A stretch of DNA of 63,227 nucleotides, filler included, from Raillietiella orientalis (Eukaryota), in NCBI GenBank assembly GCA_036172245.1. It is 8 parts of 8 records of this genome, joined end to end, with 100 filler letters (N's around TTAATTAATTAA, not from the genome) between each part and the next. Parts side by side here need not be neighbours in the genome. Positions count along the whole stretch, not along the records: positions 32,267 to 40,119 come from JAYWIR010000298.1; positions 40,220 to 47,991 come from JAYWIR010000299.1; positions 48,092 to 55,621 come from JAYWIR010000300.1; 5 more parts are not named here. One strand, written 5' to 3'. The notes beneath the pieces were generated by a model. It had not been told where the DNA came from. It saw nothing but the letters and a program-made list of their open reading frames with translations, and ran no database searches. Every line of letters begins with the position of its first letter. Within the stretch, counting starts at the first letter, position 1. Both the position numbers and the translations under genes were made by a program. Below, one piece after another: positions 35,201-49,886 of the stretch.

Positions 35201-38200
35201 GGCACTTTGGACTCTGTTTCGTTTTCATGGTCACCAGTGTCGGAATCAGAAAGGGAAGGTTTTCCTTCACTTTGATTCATTATATGGACCGAATTGGGAC
35301 GTTTAAGGGTTTGTAATCTATTCGAAATCAGCACATGACACATTTGCACTTTTGCGCCTCTCCCCGAAGCGTCCATTTGCAGGGAACGGCAAATTCGTGG
35401 CATGGATAGCTGCACATACGTCCATTTGACTGGATTCAGAAAACCTTGAGATGAGTGCGTCCTTTCCTTAGGGTGGGGCACTTTGGACTCTGTTTCGTTT
35501 TCATGGTCACCAGTGTCGGAATCAGAAAGGGAAGGTTTTCCTTCACTTTGATTCATTATATGGACCGAATTTGGACGTTTAAGGGTTTGTAATCTATTCG
35601 AAATCAGCAGATGACACCTTTGCACTTTTGCGCCTCTCCCCGAAGCGTCCATTTGCAGGGAACGGCAAATTCGTGGCATGGATAGCTGCACATACGTCCA
35701 TTTGACTGGATTCAGAAAACCTTGAGATGAGTGCGTCCTTTCCTTAGGGTGGGGCACTTTGGACTCTGTTTCGTTTTCATGGTCACCAGTGTCGGAATCA
35801 GAAAGGGAAGGTTTTCCTTCACTTTGATTCATTATATGGACCGAATTGGGACGTTTAAGGGTTTGTAATCTATTCGAAATCAGCACATGACACATTTGCA
35901 CTTTTGCGCCTCTCCCCGAAGCGTCCATTTGCAGGGAACGGCAAATTCGTGGCATGGATAGCTGCACATACGTCCATTTGACTGGATTCAGAAAACCTTG
36001 AGATGAGTGCGTCCTTTCCTTCGGGTGGGGCACTTTGGTCTCTGTTTCGTTTTCATGGTCACCAGTGTCGGAATTAGAAAGGGAAGGTTTTCCTTCACTT
36101 TGATTCATTATATGGACCGAATTGGGACGTTTAAGGGTTTGTAATGAATTCGAAATCAGCAGATGACACCCTTGCACCTTTGCGCCTCTCCCCGAAGCGT
36201 CCATTTGCAGTGAGTTGCAAATTAGCGTCATGGATACCCGCACAAACGTCCATTTGACTGGATTCAGAAGAACATTGAGATGAGTGCGTCCTTTCCTTAG
36301 GGTGGGGCACTTTGGTCTCTGTTTCGTTTTCATGGCTACCAGTGTCGGAATTAGAAAGGGAATGTTTTCCGTAAATTTCATTCATTATGTGGACCGAATT
36401 TGGACGTTTGAAGGTTTGTAATCAATTCGAAATCAGCAGATGACACCTTTGCACTTTTGCGCCTCTCCCCGAAGCGTACATTTGCAGCGAGCGGGAAATT
36501 CGTGGCATGGATAGCTGCACATACGTCCATTTGACTGGGTTCAGAAGAACATTGAGATGAGTGCGTCCTTTCCTTAGGGTGGGGCACTTTGGACTCTGTT
36601 TCGTTTTCATGGTCACCAGTGTCGGAATCAGAAAGGGAAGGTTTTCCTTCACTTTGATTCATTATATGGACCGAATTTGGACGTTTAAGGGTTTGTAATC
36701 AATTCGAAATCAGCAGATGACACCTTTGCACTTTTGCGCCTCTCCCCGAAGCGTCCATTTGCAGGGAACGGCAAATTCGTGGCATGGATAGCTGCACATA
36801 CGTCCATTTGACTGGATTCAGAAGAACATTGAGATGAGTGCGTCCTTTCCTTAGGGTGGGGCACTTTGGTCTCTGTTTCGTTTTCATGGTCACCAGTGTC
36901 GGAATCAGAAAGGGAAGGTTTTCCTTCACTTTGATTCATTATATGGACCGAATTGGGACGTTTAAGGGTTTGTAATCTATTCGAAATCAGCACATGACAC
37001 ATTTGCACTTTTGCGCCTCTCCCCGAAGCGTCCATTTGCAGGGAACGGCAAATTCGTGGCATGGATAGCTGCACATACGTCCATTTGACTGGATTCAGAA
37101 AACCTTGAGATGAGTGCGTCCTTTCCTTAGGGTGGGGCACTTTGGACTCTGTTTCGTTTTCATGGTCACCAGTGTCGGAATCAGAAAGGGAAGGTTTTCC
37201 TTCACTTTGATTCATTATATGGACCGAATTTGGACGTTTAAGGGTTTGTAATCTATTCGAAATCAGCACATGACACCTTTGCACTTTTGCGCCTCTCCCC
37301 GAAGCGTCCATTTGCAGCGAGCGGCAAATTCGTGGCATGGATAGCTGCACATACGTCCATTTGACTGGATTCAGAAAACCTTGAGATGAGTGCGTCCTTT
37401 CCTTAGGGTGGGGCACTTTGGTCTCTGTTTCGTTTTCATGGTCACCAGTGTCGGAATCAGAAAGGGAAGGTTTTCCTTCACTTTGATTCATTATATGGAC
37501 CGAATTGGGACGTTTAAGGGTTTGTAATCTATTCGAAATCAGCACATGACACATTTGCACTTTTGCGCCTCTCCCCGAAGCGTCCATTTGCAGGGAACGG
37601 CAAATTCGTGGCATGGATAGCTGCACATACGTCCATTTGACTGGATTCAGAAAACCTTGAGATGAGTGCGTCCTTTCCTTAGGGTGGGGCACTTTGGTCT
37701 CTGTTTCGTTTTCATAGTCACCAGTGTCGGAATTAGAAAGGGAAGGTTTTCCTTCACTTTGATTCATTATATGGACCGAATTTGGACGTTTAAGGGTTTG
37801 TAATCAATTCGAAATCAGCAGATGACACCTTTGCACTTTTGCGCCTCTCCCCGAAGCGTCCATTTGCAGTGAGTTGCAAATTAGCGTCATGGATACCGCA
37901 CAAACGTCCATTTGACTGGATTCAGAAGAACATTGAGATGAGTGCGTCCTTTCCTTAGGGTGGGGCACTTTGGTCTCTGTTTCGTTTTCATGGCTACCAG
38001 TGTCGGAATTAGAAAGGGAATGTTTTCCGTAAATTTGATTCATTATGTGGACCGAATTTGGACGTTTGAAGGTTTGTAATCAATTCGAAATCAGCAGATG
38101 ACACCTTTGCACTTTTGCGCCTCTCCCCGAAGCGTCCATTTGCAGCGAGCGGGAAATTCGTGGCATGGATAGCTGCACATACGTCCATTTGACTGGGTTC

Positions 38201-40119
38201 AGAAGAACATTGAGATGAGTGCGTCCTTTCCTTAGGGTGGGGCACTTTGGACTCTGTTTCGTTTTCATGGTCACCAGTGTCGGAATCAGAAAGGGAAGGT
38301 TTTCCTTCACTTTGATTCATTATATGGACCGAATTTGGACGTTTAAGGGTTTGTAATCAATTCGAAATCAGCAGATGACACCTTTGCACTTTTGCGCCTC
38401 TCCCCGAAGCGTCCATTTGCAGCGAACGGCAAATTCGTGGCATGGATAGCTGCACATACGTCCATTTGACTGGATTCAGAAGAACATTGAGATGAGTGCG
38501 TCCTTTCCTTAGGGTGGGGCACTTTGGTCTCTGTTTCGTTTTCATGGTCACCAGTGTCGGAATTAGAAAGGGAAGGTTTTCCTTCACTTTGATTCATCAT
38601 ATGGACCGAATTTGGACATTTAAGGGTTTGTAATCAATTCGAAATCAGCACATGACATCTTTGCACTTTTGGGCCTCCCCTCGAAGCGTCGATTTGCAGC
38701 GAGCGGGAAATTCGTGGCATGGATAGCTGCACATACGTCCATTTGACTGGCTTCAGAAGAACATTGAGATGAGTGCGTCCTTTCCTTAGGGTGGGGCACT
38801 TTGGTCTCTGTTTCGTTTTCATGGCTACCAGTGTCGGAATTAGAAAGGGAATGTTTTCCGTAAATTTGATTCATTATGTGGACCGAATTTGGACTTTTGA
38901 AGGTTTGTAATCAATTCGAAATCAGCAGATGACACCTTTGCACTTTTGCGCCTCTCCCCGAAGCGTCCATTTGCAGCGAGCGGGAAATTCGTGGCATGGA
39001 TAGCTGCACATACGTACATTTGACTGGCTTCAGAAGAACATTGAGATGAGCGCGTCCTTTCCTTAGGGTGGGGCACTTTGGACTCTGTTTCGTTTTCATG
39101 GGTACCAGTGTCGGAATTAGAAAGGGAAGGTTTTCCTTCACTTTGATTCATTATGTGGACCGAATTTGGACGTTTAAGGGTTTGTAATCAATTCGAAATC
39201 AGCAGATGACACCTTTGCACTTTTGCGCCTCCCCCTGAAGCGTCCATTTGCAGTGAGTTGAAAATTACCGTCATGGATACCCGCACAAACGTGCATTTGA
39301 CTGGATTCAGAAGAACATTGAGATGAGTGCGTCCTTTCCTTAGGGTGGGGCACTTTGGACTCTGTTTCGTTTTCATGGTTACCAGTGTCGGAATTAGAAA
39401 GAGAAGGTTTTTCTTCACTTTGATTCATAATGTGGACCGAAGTTGGACGTTTAAGGGTTTGTAATCAACTCGAAATCAGTAGATGACACCTTTGAACTTT
39501 TGCTCCTCTCCCCGAAGCGTCCATGTGCAGCGAGTGGCAAACTCGTGGCATGGATAGCTGCACATACGTACATTTGACTGGCTTCAGAAGAACATTGAGA
39601 TGAGCGCGTCCTTTCCTTAGGGTGGGGCACTTTGGTCTCTGTTTCGTTTTCATGGGTACCAGTGTCGGAATTAGAAAGGGAAGGTTTTTCTTCACTTTGA
39701 TTCATTATGTGGACCGAATTTGGACGTTTAAGGGTTTTTATCAATTCGATATCAGCAGATGACACCTTTGCACTTTTGCGCCTCCCCCTGAAGCGTCCAT
39801 TTGCAGTGAGTTGAAAATTACCGTCATGGATACCCGCACAAACGTGCATTTGACTGGATTCAGAAGAACATTGAGATGAGTGCGTCCTTTCCTTAGGGTG
39901 GGGCACTTTGGACTCTGTTTCGTTTTCATGGTTACCAGTGTGGGAATTAGAAAGGGAATGCTTTCCGTCAATTTGATTCATTATGTGGACCGAATTTGGA
40001 CGTTTAAGGGTTTGTAATCAATTCGAAATCAGCAGATGACACCTTTGCACTTTTGCGCCTCTCCCCGAAGCGTCCATTTGCAGTGAGTTGCAAATTAGCG
40101 TCATGGATAGCCGCACATA
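32267..40119. repeat. Satellite 2, 276-277-bp monomer, ~28 copies
   Basis: The unit GGGTTTGTAATCAATTCGAAATCAGCAGATGACACC.. recurs every 276-277 nt across the whole contig. Confidence 0.97.
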
Positions 40120-40219
40120 NNNNNNNNNNNNNNNNNNNNNNNNNNNNNNNNNNNNNNNNNNNNTTAATTAATTAANNNNNNNNNNNNNNNNNNNNNNNNN
40201 NNNNNNNNNNNNNNNNNNN

Positions 40220-43200
40220 CGATTGCGACCGAATTCATCGGGAAGCGGCCATGGTCGTTTTGGTGCAAGTGCGCAGATTTGGACGGAAAACACCACACTG
40301 GAAATAGAAAACATAGAGGAATTTCTGTGATGCATTTTGAAGATTCAATTTCTATGCTGGAAGACAAAGTAGATTGATTCCAACCGTTTTGATGTCTCAG
40401 GATTTCGACCGAATTCATCGGGAAGCGGCCATGGTCGTTTTGGTGCTAGTGTGGAGATTTGGACGGAAAACACCACATTGGAAATAGAAAAGATAAAGGA
40501 ATTTGTTTGATCCACTTTGAAGATTCTATTTGGATGTAGGAAGTGGAAGTAGATTGCTTCCAACCATTTTCATGTCTCAGGATTGCGACCGAATTAATCG
40601 GGAACCGGCCATGGTCATTTTGGTGCAAGTGCGGAAATTTGTACGGAAAACACCACATTGGAAATAGAAAAGATAAAGGAATTTTTTTTATCCACTTTGA
40701 AGATTCTATTTGGATGCAGGAAGTGGAAGTAGATTGCTTCCAACCATTTTGATGTCTCAGGATTGCGACCGAATTCATCGGGAACCGGCCATGGTCGTTT
40801 TGGTGCAAGTGCGGAGATTTGGACGGAAAACACCACATTGGAAATGGAAAAGATAGAAGAATTTCAGCAAATTGCATTTTTCCCGCGAATAACACTTGCT
40901 GGATGTTATTCCTGCAGCCCCACCAACCATTTTGATGTCTCAGGTTTTCGACCGAATTCATCGGGAATCGGCCATGGTCGTTTAGGTGCAAGTGCGGAGA
41001 TTTGGACGGAAAACATTACATTGGAAATAGAAAAGATAAAGGAATTTTTTTGATCCCCTTTGCAGATTCTATTTGGATGTAGGAAGTGGAAGTAGATTGC
41101 TGGCTTCATTTCCTTCTCAGGATTGCGACCGAATTCATCGGGAAACGGCCATGGTCGTTTTGGTGCAAGTGCGGAGATTTGTACGGAAAACACCACATTG
41201 GAAATAGAAAAGATAAAGGAATTTTTTTGATCCACTTTGAAGATTCTATTTGGATGCAGGAAGTGGAAGTAGATTGCTTCCAACCATTTTGATGTCTCAG
41301 GATTGCGACCGAATTCATCGGGAACCGGCCATGGTCGTTTTGGTGCAAGTGCGGAGATTTGGACGGAAAACACCACACTGGAAATAGAAAACATAGAGGA
41401 ATTTCTGTGATGCATTTTGAAGATTCAATTGCTATGCTGGAAGACGAAGTAGATTGATTCCAACCATTTTGATGTCTCAGGATTGCGACCGAATTCTTCG
41501 GGAAGCTGCCATGGTGGTTTAGGTGCAAGTGCGGAGATTTGGACGGAAAACACCACATTGGAAATAGAAAAGATAGAGGAATCTTTGGGAAGCACTTTGA
41601 AGATTCTATTTGGATGCAGGAAGTGGAAGTAGATTGCTTCCAACCATTTTCATGTCTCAGGATTGCGACCGAATTAATCGGGAACCGGCCATGGTCGTTT
41701 TGGTGCAAGTGCGGAGATTTGGACGGAAAACACCACATTGGAAATAGAAAAGATAGAAGAATTTCTGTGATGCATTTTGAAGATTCAATTTCTATTCTGG
41801 AAGACCAAGTAGATTGATTCCAACCATTTTGATGTCTCAGGATTTCGACCGAATTCATCGGGAAGCGGCCATGGTCGTTTTGGTGCTAGTGTGGAGATTT
41901 GGACGGAAAACACCACATTGGAAATAGAAAAGATAAAGGAATTTTTTGATACACTTTGAAGATTGTATTTGGATGTAGGAAGTGGAAGTAGATTGCTTCC
42001 AACCATTTTGATGTCTAAGGATTGCGACCGAATTTATCGGGAACCGGCCATGGTCGTTTTGGTGCAAGTGCGGAGATTTGGACGGAAAACACCACATTGG
42101 AAATAGAAAAGATAAAGGAATTTTCTTGATCCACTTTGAAGATTCTATTTGGATGCAGGAAGTGGAAGTAGTTTGCTTCCAACCATTTTGATGTCTCAGG
42201 ATTGCGACCGAATTCATCGGGAACCGGCCATGGTCGTTTTGGTGCAAGTGCGGAGATTTGGACGGAAAACACCACACTGGAAATAGAAAACATAGAGGAA
42301 TTTCTGTGATGCATTTTGAAGATTCAATTTCTATGCTGGAAGACGAAGTAGATTGATTCCAACCATTTTGATGTCTCAGGATTGCGACCGAATTCTTCGG
42401 GAAGCTGCCATGGTGGTTTAGGTGCAAGTGCGGAGATTTGGACGGAAAACACCACATTGGAAATAGAAAAGATAAAGTAATTTATTTGAACCACTTTTAA
42501 GATTGTATTTGGATGCAGGAAATGGAAGTAGATTGCTTCCAACCATTTTGATGTCAAACGATTGCGACCGAATTCATCGGGAACCGGCCATGGTCGTTTA
42601 GGTGCAAGTGCGGAGATTTGGACGGAAAACACCACATTGGAAATAGCAAAGATAGAGGAATTTTTCTGATGCATTTTGAAGATTCTATTTCTATGCTAGA
42701 AGAGGAAGTAGATTGATTCCAACCATTTTGATGTCTCAGGATTCCGACCGAATTCATCGGGAAGCGGCCATGGTCGTTTACGTGCAAGTGCGGAGATTTG
42801 GACGGAAAACATCACATTGGAAATAGAAAAGATAGAGGAATTTTTTGCATACACTTTGAAGATTGTATTTGGATGCAGGAAGTGGGAGTATATTGCTTCC
42901 AACCATTTTGATGTCTAAGGATTGCGACCGATTTCATCGGGAACCGGCCATGGACGTTTAGGTGCAAGTGCGGAGATTTGGACGGAAAACACCACATTGG
43001 AAATAGAAAAGATAGAGGAATTTTTCTGATGCATTTTGAAGATTCTATTTACATGCTGGAAGAGGAAGTAGATTGATTCCAACCATTTTGATGTCTCAGG
43101 ATTCCGACCGAATTCATCGGGAAGCGGCCATGGTCGTTTAGGTGCAAGTGTGGAGATTTGGAGGGAAAACACCACATTGGAAATAGAAAAGATAGAGGAA

Positions 43201-46200
43201 TTTCTGTGATGCATTTTGAAGATTTAATTTCTATGCTGGAAGACGAAGTAGATTGATTCCAACCATTTTGATGTCTCAGGATTTCGACCGAATTCATCGG
43301 GAAGCGGCCATGGTCGTTTTGGTGCTAGTGTGGAGATTTGGACGGAAAACACCACATTGGAAATAGAAAAGATAAAGGAATTTTTTTGATCCACTTTGAA
43401 GATTCTATTTGGATGTAGGAAGTGGAAGTAGATTGCTTCCAACCATTTTCATGTCTCAGGATTGCGACCGAATTAATCGGGAACCGGCCATGGTCGTTTT
43501 GGTGCAAGTGCGGAGATTTGTACGGAAAACACCACATTGGAAATAGAAAAGATAAAGGAATTTTCTTGATCCACTTTGAAGATTCTATTTGGATGCAGGA
43601 AGTGGAAGTAGTTTGCTTCCAACCATTTTGATGTCTCAGGATTGCGACCGAATTCATCGGGAACCGGCCATGGTCGTTTTGGTGCAAGTGCATAGATTTG
43701 GACGGAAAACACCACACTGGAAATAGAAAACATAGAGGAATTTCTGTGATGCATTTTGAAGATTCAATTTCTATGCTGGAAGACGAAGTAGATTGATTCC
43801 AACCATTTTGATGTCTCAGGATTGCGACCGAATTCTTCGGGAAGCTGCCATGGTGGTTTAGGTGCAAGTGCGGAGATTTGGACGGAAAACACCACATTGG
43901 AAATAGAAAAGATAAAGTAATTTATTTGAACCACTTTGAAGATTGTATTTGGATGCAGGAAATGGAAGTAGATTGCTTCCAACCATTTTGATGTCAAACG
44001 ATTGCGACCGAATTCATCGGGAACCGGCCATGGTCGTTTAGGTGCAAGTGCGGAGATTTGGACGGAAAACACCACATTGGAAATAGAAAAGATAGAGGAA
44101 TTTTTTGCATACACTTTGAAGATTGTATTTGGATGCAGGAAGTGGGAGTATATTGCTTCCAACCATTTTGATGTCTAAGGATTGCGACCGATTTCATCGG
44201 GAACCGGCCATGGACGTTTAGGTGCAAGTGCGGAGATTTGGACGGAAAACACCACATTGGAAATAGAAAAGATAGAGGAATTTTTCTGATGCATCTTGAA
44301 GATTCTATTTCCATGCTGGAAGAGGAAGTAGATTGATTCCAACCATTTTGATGTCTCAGGATTCCGACCGAATTCATCGGGAAGCGGCCATGGTCGTTTA
44401 CGTGCAAGTGCGGAGATTTGGACGGAAAACATCACATTGGAAATAGAAAAGATAGAGGAATTTTTTGCATACACTTTGAAGATTGTATTTGGATGCAGGA
44501 AGTGGGAGTATATTGCTTCCAACCATTTTGATGTCTAAGGATTGCGACCGATTTCATCGGGAACCGGCCATGGACGTTTAGGTGCAAGTGCGGAGATTTG
44601 GACGGAAAACACCACATTGGAAATAGAAAAGATAGAGGAATTTTTCTGATGCATTTTGAAGATTCTATTTCCATGCTGGAAGAGGAAGTAGATTGATTCC
44701 AACCATTTTGATGTCTCAGCATTGCGACCGATTTCATCGGGAACCGACCATGGTCGTTTTGGTGCTAGTGTGGAGATTTGGACGGAAAACACCACATTGG
44801 AAATAGAGAAGATAGAGCAATTTTAAGGAAACACTTTGAAGATTCTATTTGGATGCAGGAAGTGGAAGTAGATTGCTTCCAACCGTTTTGATGTCTCAGG
44901 ATTGCGACCGAATTCATCGGGAAACGGCCATGGTCGTTTTGGTGCAAGTGCGGAGAATTGGACGGAAAACACCACATCGGAAATACAAAAGATAGAGGAA
45001 TTTTCTTGAACCACTTTGAAGATTGTATTTGGATGTAGGAAGTGGAAGTAGATTGCTTCCAACCATTTTGATGTCTCAGGATTGCGACCGAATTCATCGG
45101 GAAGCGGCCATGGTCGTTTTGGTGCTAGTGCGGAGATTTGGACGGAAAACACCACATTGGAAATAGAAAAGATAGAGGAATTTTTTTGATCCACTTTGAA
45201 GATTCTATTTGGATGTAGGAAGTGGAAGTAGATTGCTTCCAACCATTTTCATGTCTCAGGATTGCGACCGAATTAATCGGGAACCGGCCATGGTCGTTTT
45301 CGTGCAAGTGCGGAGATTTGGACGGAAAACACCACACTGGAAATAGAAAACATAGAGGAATTTCTGTGATGCATTTTGAAGATTTAATTTCTATGCTGGA
45401 AGACGAAGTAGATTGATTCCAACCATTTTGATGTCTCAGGATTGCGACCGAATTCTTCGGGAAGCTGCCATGGTGGTTTAGGTGCAAGTGCGGAGATTTG
45501 GACGGAAAACACCACATTGGAAATAGAAAAGATAAAGGAATTTTTTTGATCCACTTTGGAGATTCTATTTGGATGTAGGAAGTGGAAGTAGATTGCTTCC
45601 AACCATTTTCATGTCTCAGGATTGCGACCGAATTAATCGGGAACCGGCCATGGTCGTTTTGGTGCAAGTGCGGAGATTTGTACGGAAAACACCACATTGG
45701 AAATAGAAAAGATAAAGGAATTTTTTTGATCCACTTTGAAGATTCTATTTGGATGTAGGAAGTGGAAGTAGATTGCTTCCAACCATTTTGATGTCTCAGG
45801 ATTGCGACCGAATTAATCGGGAACCGGCCATGGTCGTTTTGGTGCAAGTGCGGAGATTTGGACGGAAAACACCACACTGGAAATAGAAAACATAGAGGAA
45901 TTTCTGTGATGCATTTTGAAGATTCAATTGCTATGCTGGAAGACGAAGTAGATTGATTCCAACCATTTTGATGTCTCAGGATTGCGACCGAATTCTTCGG
46001 GAAGCTGCCATGGTGGTTTAGGTGCAAGTGCGGAGATTTGGACGGAAAACACCACATTGGAAATAGAAAAGATAGAGGAATCTTTGGGAAGCACTTTGAA
46101 GATTCTATTTGGATGCAGGAAGTAAAAGTAGATTGCTTCCAACCATTTTCATGTCTCAGGATTGCGACCGAATCAATCGGGAACCGGCCATGGTCATTTT

Positions 46201-47991
46201 GGTGCAAGTGCGGAAATTTGTACGGAAAACACCACATTGGAAATAGAAAAGATAAAGGAATTTTTCTTATCCACTTTGAAGATTCTATTTGGATGCAGGA
46301 AGTGGAAGTAGATTGCTTCCAACCATTTTGATGTCTCAGGATTGCGACCGAATTCATCGGGAACCGGCCATGGTCGTTTTGGTGCAAGTGCGGAGATTTG
46401 GACGGAAAACACCACATTGGAAATAGAAAAGATAGAAGAATTTCTGTGATGCATTTTGAAGATTCAATTTCTATGCTGGAAGACCAAGTAGATTGATTCC
46501 AACCATTTTGATGTCTCAGGATTTCGACCGAATTCATCGGGAAGCGGCCATGGTCGTTTTGGTGCTAGTGTGGAGATTTGGACGGAAAACACCACATTGG
46601 AAATAGAAAAGATAGAGGAATTTTTTTGATCCACTTTGAAGATTCTATTTGGATGTAGGAAGTGGAAGTAGATTGCTTCCAACCATTTTCATGTCTCAGG
46701 ATTGCGACCGAATTAATCGGGAACCGGCCATGGTCGTTTTGGTGCAAGTGCGGAGATTTGTACGGAAAACACCACATTGGAAATAGAAAAGATAAAGGAA
46801 TTTTCTTGATCCACTTTGAAGATTCTATTTGGATGCAGGAAGTGGAAGTAGTTTGCTTCCAACCATTTTGATGTCTCAGGATTGCGACCGAATTCATCGG
46901 GAACCGGCCATGGTCGTTTTGGTGCAAGTGCGGAGATTTGGACGGAAAACACCACACTGGAAATAGAAAACATAGAGGAATTTCTGTGATGCATTTTGAA
47001 GATTCAATTTCTATGCTGGAAGACGAAGTAGATTGATTCCAACCATTTTGATGTCTCAGGATTGCGACCGAATTCTTCGGGAAGCTGCCATGGTGGTTTA
47101 GGTGCAAGTGCGGAGATTTGGACGGAAAACACCACATTGGAAATAGAAAAGATAAAGTAATTTATTTGAACCACTTTGAAGATTGTATTTGGATGCAGGA
47201 AATGGAAGTAGATTGCTTCCAACCATTTTGATGTCAAACGATTGCGACCGAATTCATCGGGAACCGGCCATGGTCGTTTAGGTGCAAGTGCGGAGATTTG
47301 GACGGAAAACACCACATTGGAAATAGCAAAGATAGAGGAATTTTTCTGATGCATTTTGAAGATTCTATTTCTATGCTGGAAGAGGAAGTAGATTGATTCC
47401 AACCATTTTGATGTCTCAGGATTCCGACCGAATTCATCGGGAAGCGGCCATGGTCGTTTACGTGCAAGTGCGGAGATTTGGACGGAAAACATCACATTGG
47501 AAATAGAAAAGATAGAGGAATTTTTTGCATACACTTTGAAGATTGTATTTGGATGCAGGAAGTGGGAGTATATTGCTTCCAACCATTTTGATGTCTAAGG
47601 ATTGCGACCGATTTCATCGGGAACCGGCCATGGACGTTTAGGTGCAAGTGCGGAGATTTGGACGGAAAACACCACATTGGAAATAGAAAAGATAGAGGAA
47701 TTTTTCTGATGCATTTTGAAGATTCTATTTCCATGCTGGAAGAGGAAGTAGATTGATTCCAACCATTTTGATGTCTCAGGATTCCGACCGAATTCATCGG
47801 GAAGCGGCCATGGTCGTTTAGGTGCAAGTGTGGAGATTTGGAGGGAAAACACCACATTGGAAATAGAAAAGATAGAGGAATTTCTGTGATGCATTTTGAA
47901 GATTTAATTTCTATGCTGGAAGACGAAGTAGATTGATTCCAACCATTTTGATGTCTCAGGATTTCGACCGAATTCATCGGGAAGCGGCCAT
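40220..47991. repeat. Satellite 3, 180-bp monomer, ~43 copies
   Basis: The unit GATTGCGACCGAATTCATCGGGAACCGGCCATGG.. recurs every three 60-nt lines. Confidence 0.98.
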
Positions 47992-48091
47992 NNNNNNNNN
48001 NNNNNNNNNNNNNNNNNNNNNNNNNNNNNNNNNNNTTAATTAATTAANNNNNNNNNNNNNNNNNNNNNNNNNNNNNNNNNNNNNNNNNNNN

Positions 48092-49886
48092 CGGGATCTT
48101 CTCCGGAGCGTTCCGCCTTGGCGATCACCTTGCGCGGGAGGGTCTCCAGGGAGACCGTCGCGCAGTAGACCGCCTTGACTTCCGAGAGCTGGGCCTCCAG
48201 CTTCTCTCGCTCCGGCTCCACAACCATACGGTTGACTTCGTCTTGAGCCTCGGAGATGCGGGTCAGGAGTTGCTCCTGTTGCGCCTCTGTCTGGCCTTGA
48301 CGAACCTCCTCCGCTAGTTTGACCACCTCCTCGGTGAGTTGCAGGGCCTCCTGCGACTCCGGGGTGGGTTCCGGCATCTTCACCACTTCCTCTGTTAACG
48401 TCCATTCTCGCCTTCCACTGCTGCAACCTCACGAGTAGGGGGGTTTGTTGCTCCCTCACGAGCATCTTCCTCTTCCCCTTTTCCCTATCTCCACGAAACC
48501 GTCCGCCAAAACCGGAGCGGCCTCTCTTGCCTTCTGCTTTTGTAGCTGAGGTTTAATCACCTCAGCCAACACCCTTTCCCTCACGGGGGATTCTCCTCTC
48601 ATCGTCCGGTAGTTGGCGTACTCCGGACAACTCCATTTCGAATGCCCAGGTTGCTTGCAAAAGGAGCAAAGCTCGCGCATCTTGCAGTTCCGGACCTGGT
48701 GGCCCATCTTCCCACTGCGGAAGCAGCGGGAACTAGGGTAGGCACCTAGCCGGTGGCCGAAATTTTTGCAGCCAGTGCAGAACATTGGCTGCTGTCTGTA
48801 CCTGATTGAGACATCTTGCGACGAGTCGTCAATCAGTACATTTCCGGGGATTTGCGCCCCCTCTTTTAGTTTGATTTTGGCGATTACCTCGCCCGAGAAG
48901 ATTTTCCGGAGATGTTCTGGGTTTTCATCTCCAGAACTTCTCCGTATTGGGACAGGAAGTCCCACACCGTTTCCCTCTCTGTGAGAATGCCAAGCCCGTT
49001 TAGGAAGACGGTCGTGTAAGGCATTTCGCCAATGCCTTGGACCATCTTCCCCTGAATATTAATGCCCTTTTCAATTAGGGCCTCACGCAGCTCCAAGCAA
49101 TCCGTGTATAAAATAAATCCCGCTCAATTCGGGATTATCGCTTGGAGGCGGTCGAAATCTACATTAGTTTTGCAGAGTGCGCAATACACCTCCCTGACGT
49201 TGTTAAACCGGATCAGAGCGGTTTTGAATGTAATCGGCTTGGACGCCGGGATGAGTCGAACCATCGGCTCTTTTGTTCGAGTGATGTTCTCACTCGCCTG
49301 TTTGCCAAACACCCTATTCGGCTGGGCAGAGGCCTGCCCCGCCGTCACCGCCGCATACAAAAAAGGCGGCTTCGCCGCCGCCGAGCAAGATGGCGTCGCC
49401 TTCTGCACCCCATGGACGCCCGCGGTTCCCGCCTAGGACGCCGCCGCCGCCGCGGGCGGAACCCACGCCGCTGCCGTCGCTGCCGTCGCCGCCGCGGACG
49501 GGAGCCTCGGCATCGCCGCCGCAGGCGCGACCTTTCCCGCCGCGGGCGCGATCCTCGGCGTCGCCGCCGCGGGCACGACCTCCATCGCCGTCGCCGCGGG
49601 CACGACCCTCGGCATCGCCGCCGCCGGCGCAGCAAAGCCTGCCGCGGGCGCGACCCTCGGCGTCGCCGCTGCCTCCTCGCCACTGCCGCATATTACCTCC
49701 ATGTGTTCCTCCATGGGGGTCGACGGCTGCTCCACTTCTTCCTTGTGCCTCCTTGCGGCTGCCGTTGCTGCCGCGCTTCTTGTTTGGAGGACTTCCACCT
49801 CGGGTCCTTCGGCGCTGCTGCTGCTGCTGCTGTCGGGTATTTCCCTCGGTGGCACAGTCACTTCCACACTAATCTTCGGCAGGCAC
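48092..49886 (-). mobile_element. Family IV element copy 2, 5' end and frameshifted ORF1
   Basis: Pieces 49433-49903, 49124-49408, 48884-49096, 48456-48965 and 48092-48386 align colinearly with ORF1 53673-55562. Confidence 0.88.

Noticed and set aside
34765..37767. 538-aa and 360-aa repetitive ORFs in satellite 2
   Set aside because: They arise only where monomers are 276 bp (a multiple of 3). Neighbouring 277-bp monomers break the frame, and there are no protein features.
45125..46537. 470-aa ORF with 60-aa repeats in satellite 3
   Set aside because: It is a by-product of a 180-bp period. Stops occur in many monomers, and overlapping frames are similarly open.
17704..47991. CRISPR array or hammerhead-ribozyme satellites
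   Set aside because: There are no unique spacers or cas genes and the context is eukaryotic. I could not find a CUGANGA...GAAA core with flanking stems in any monomer.
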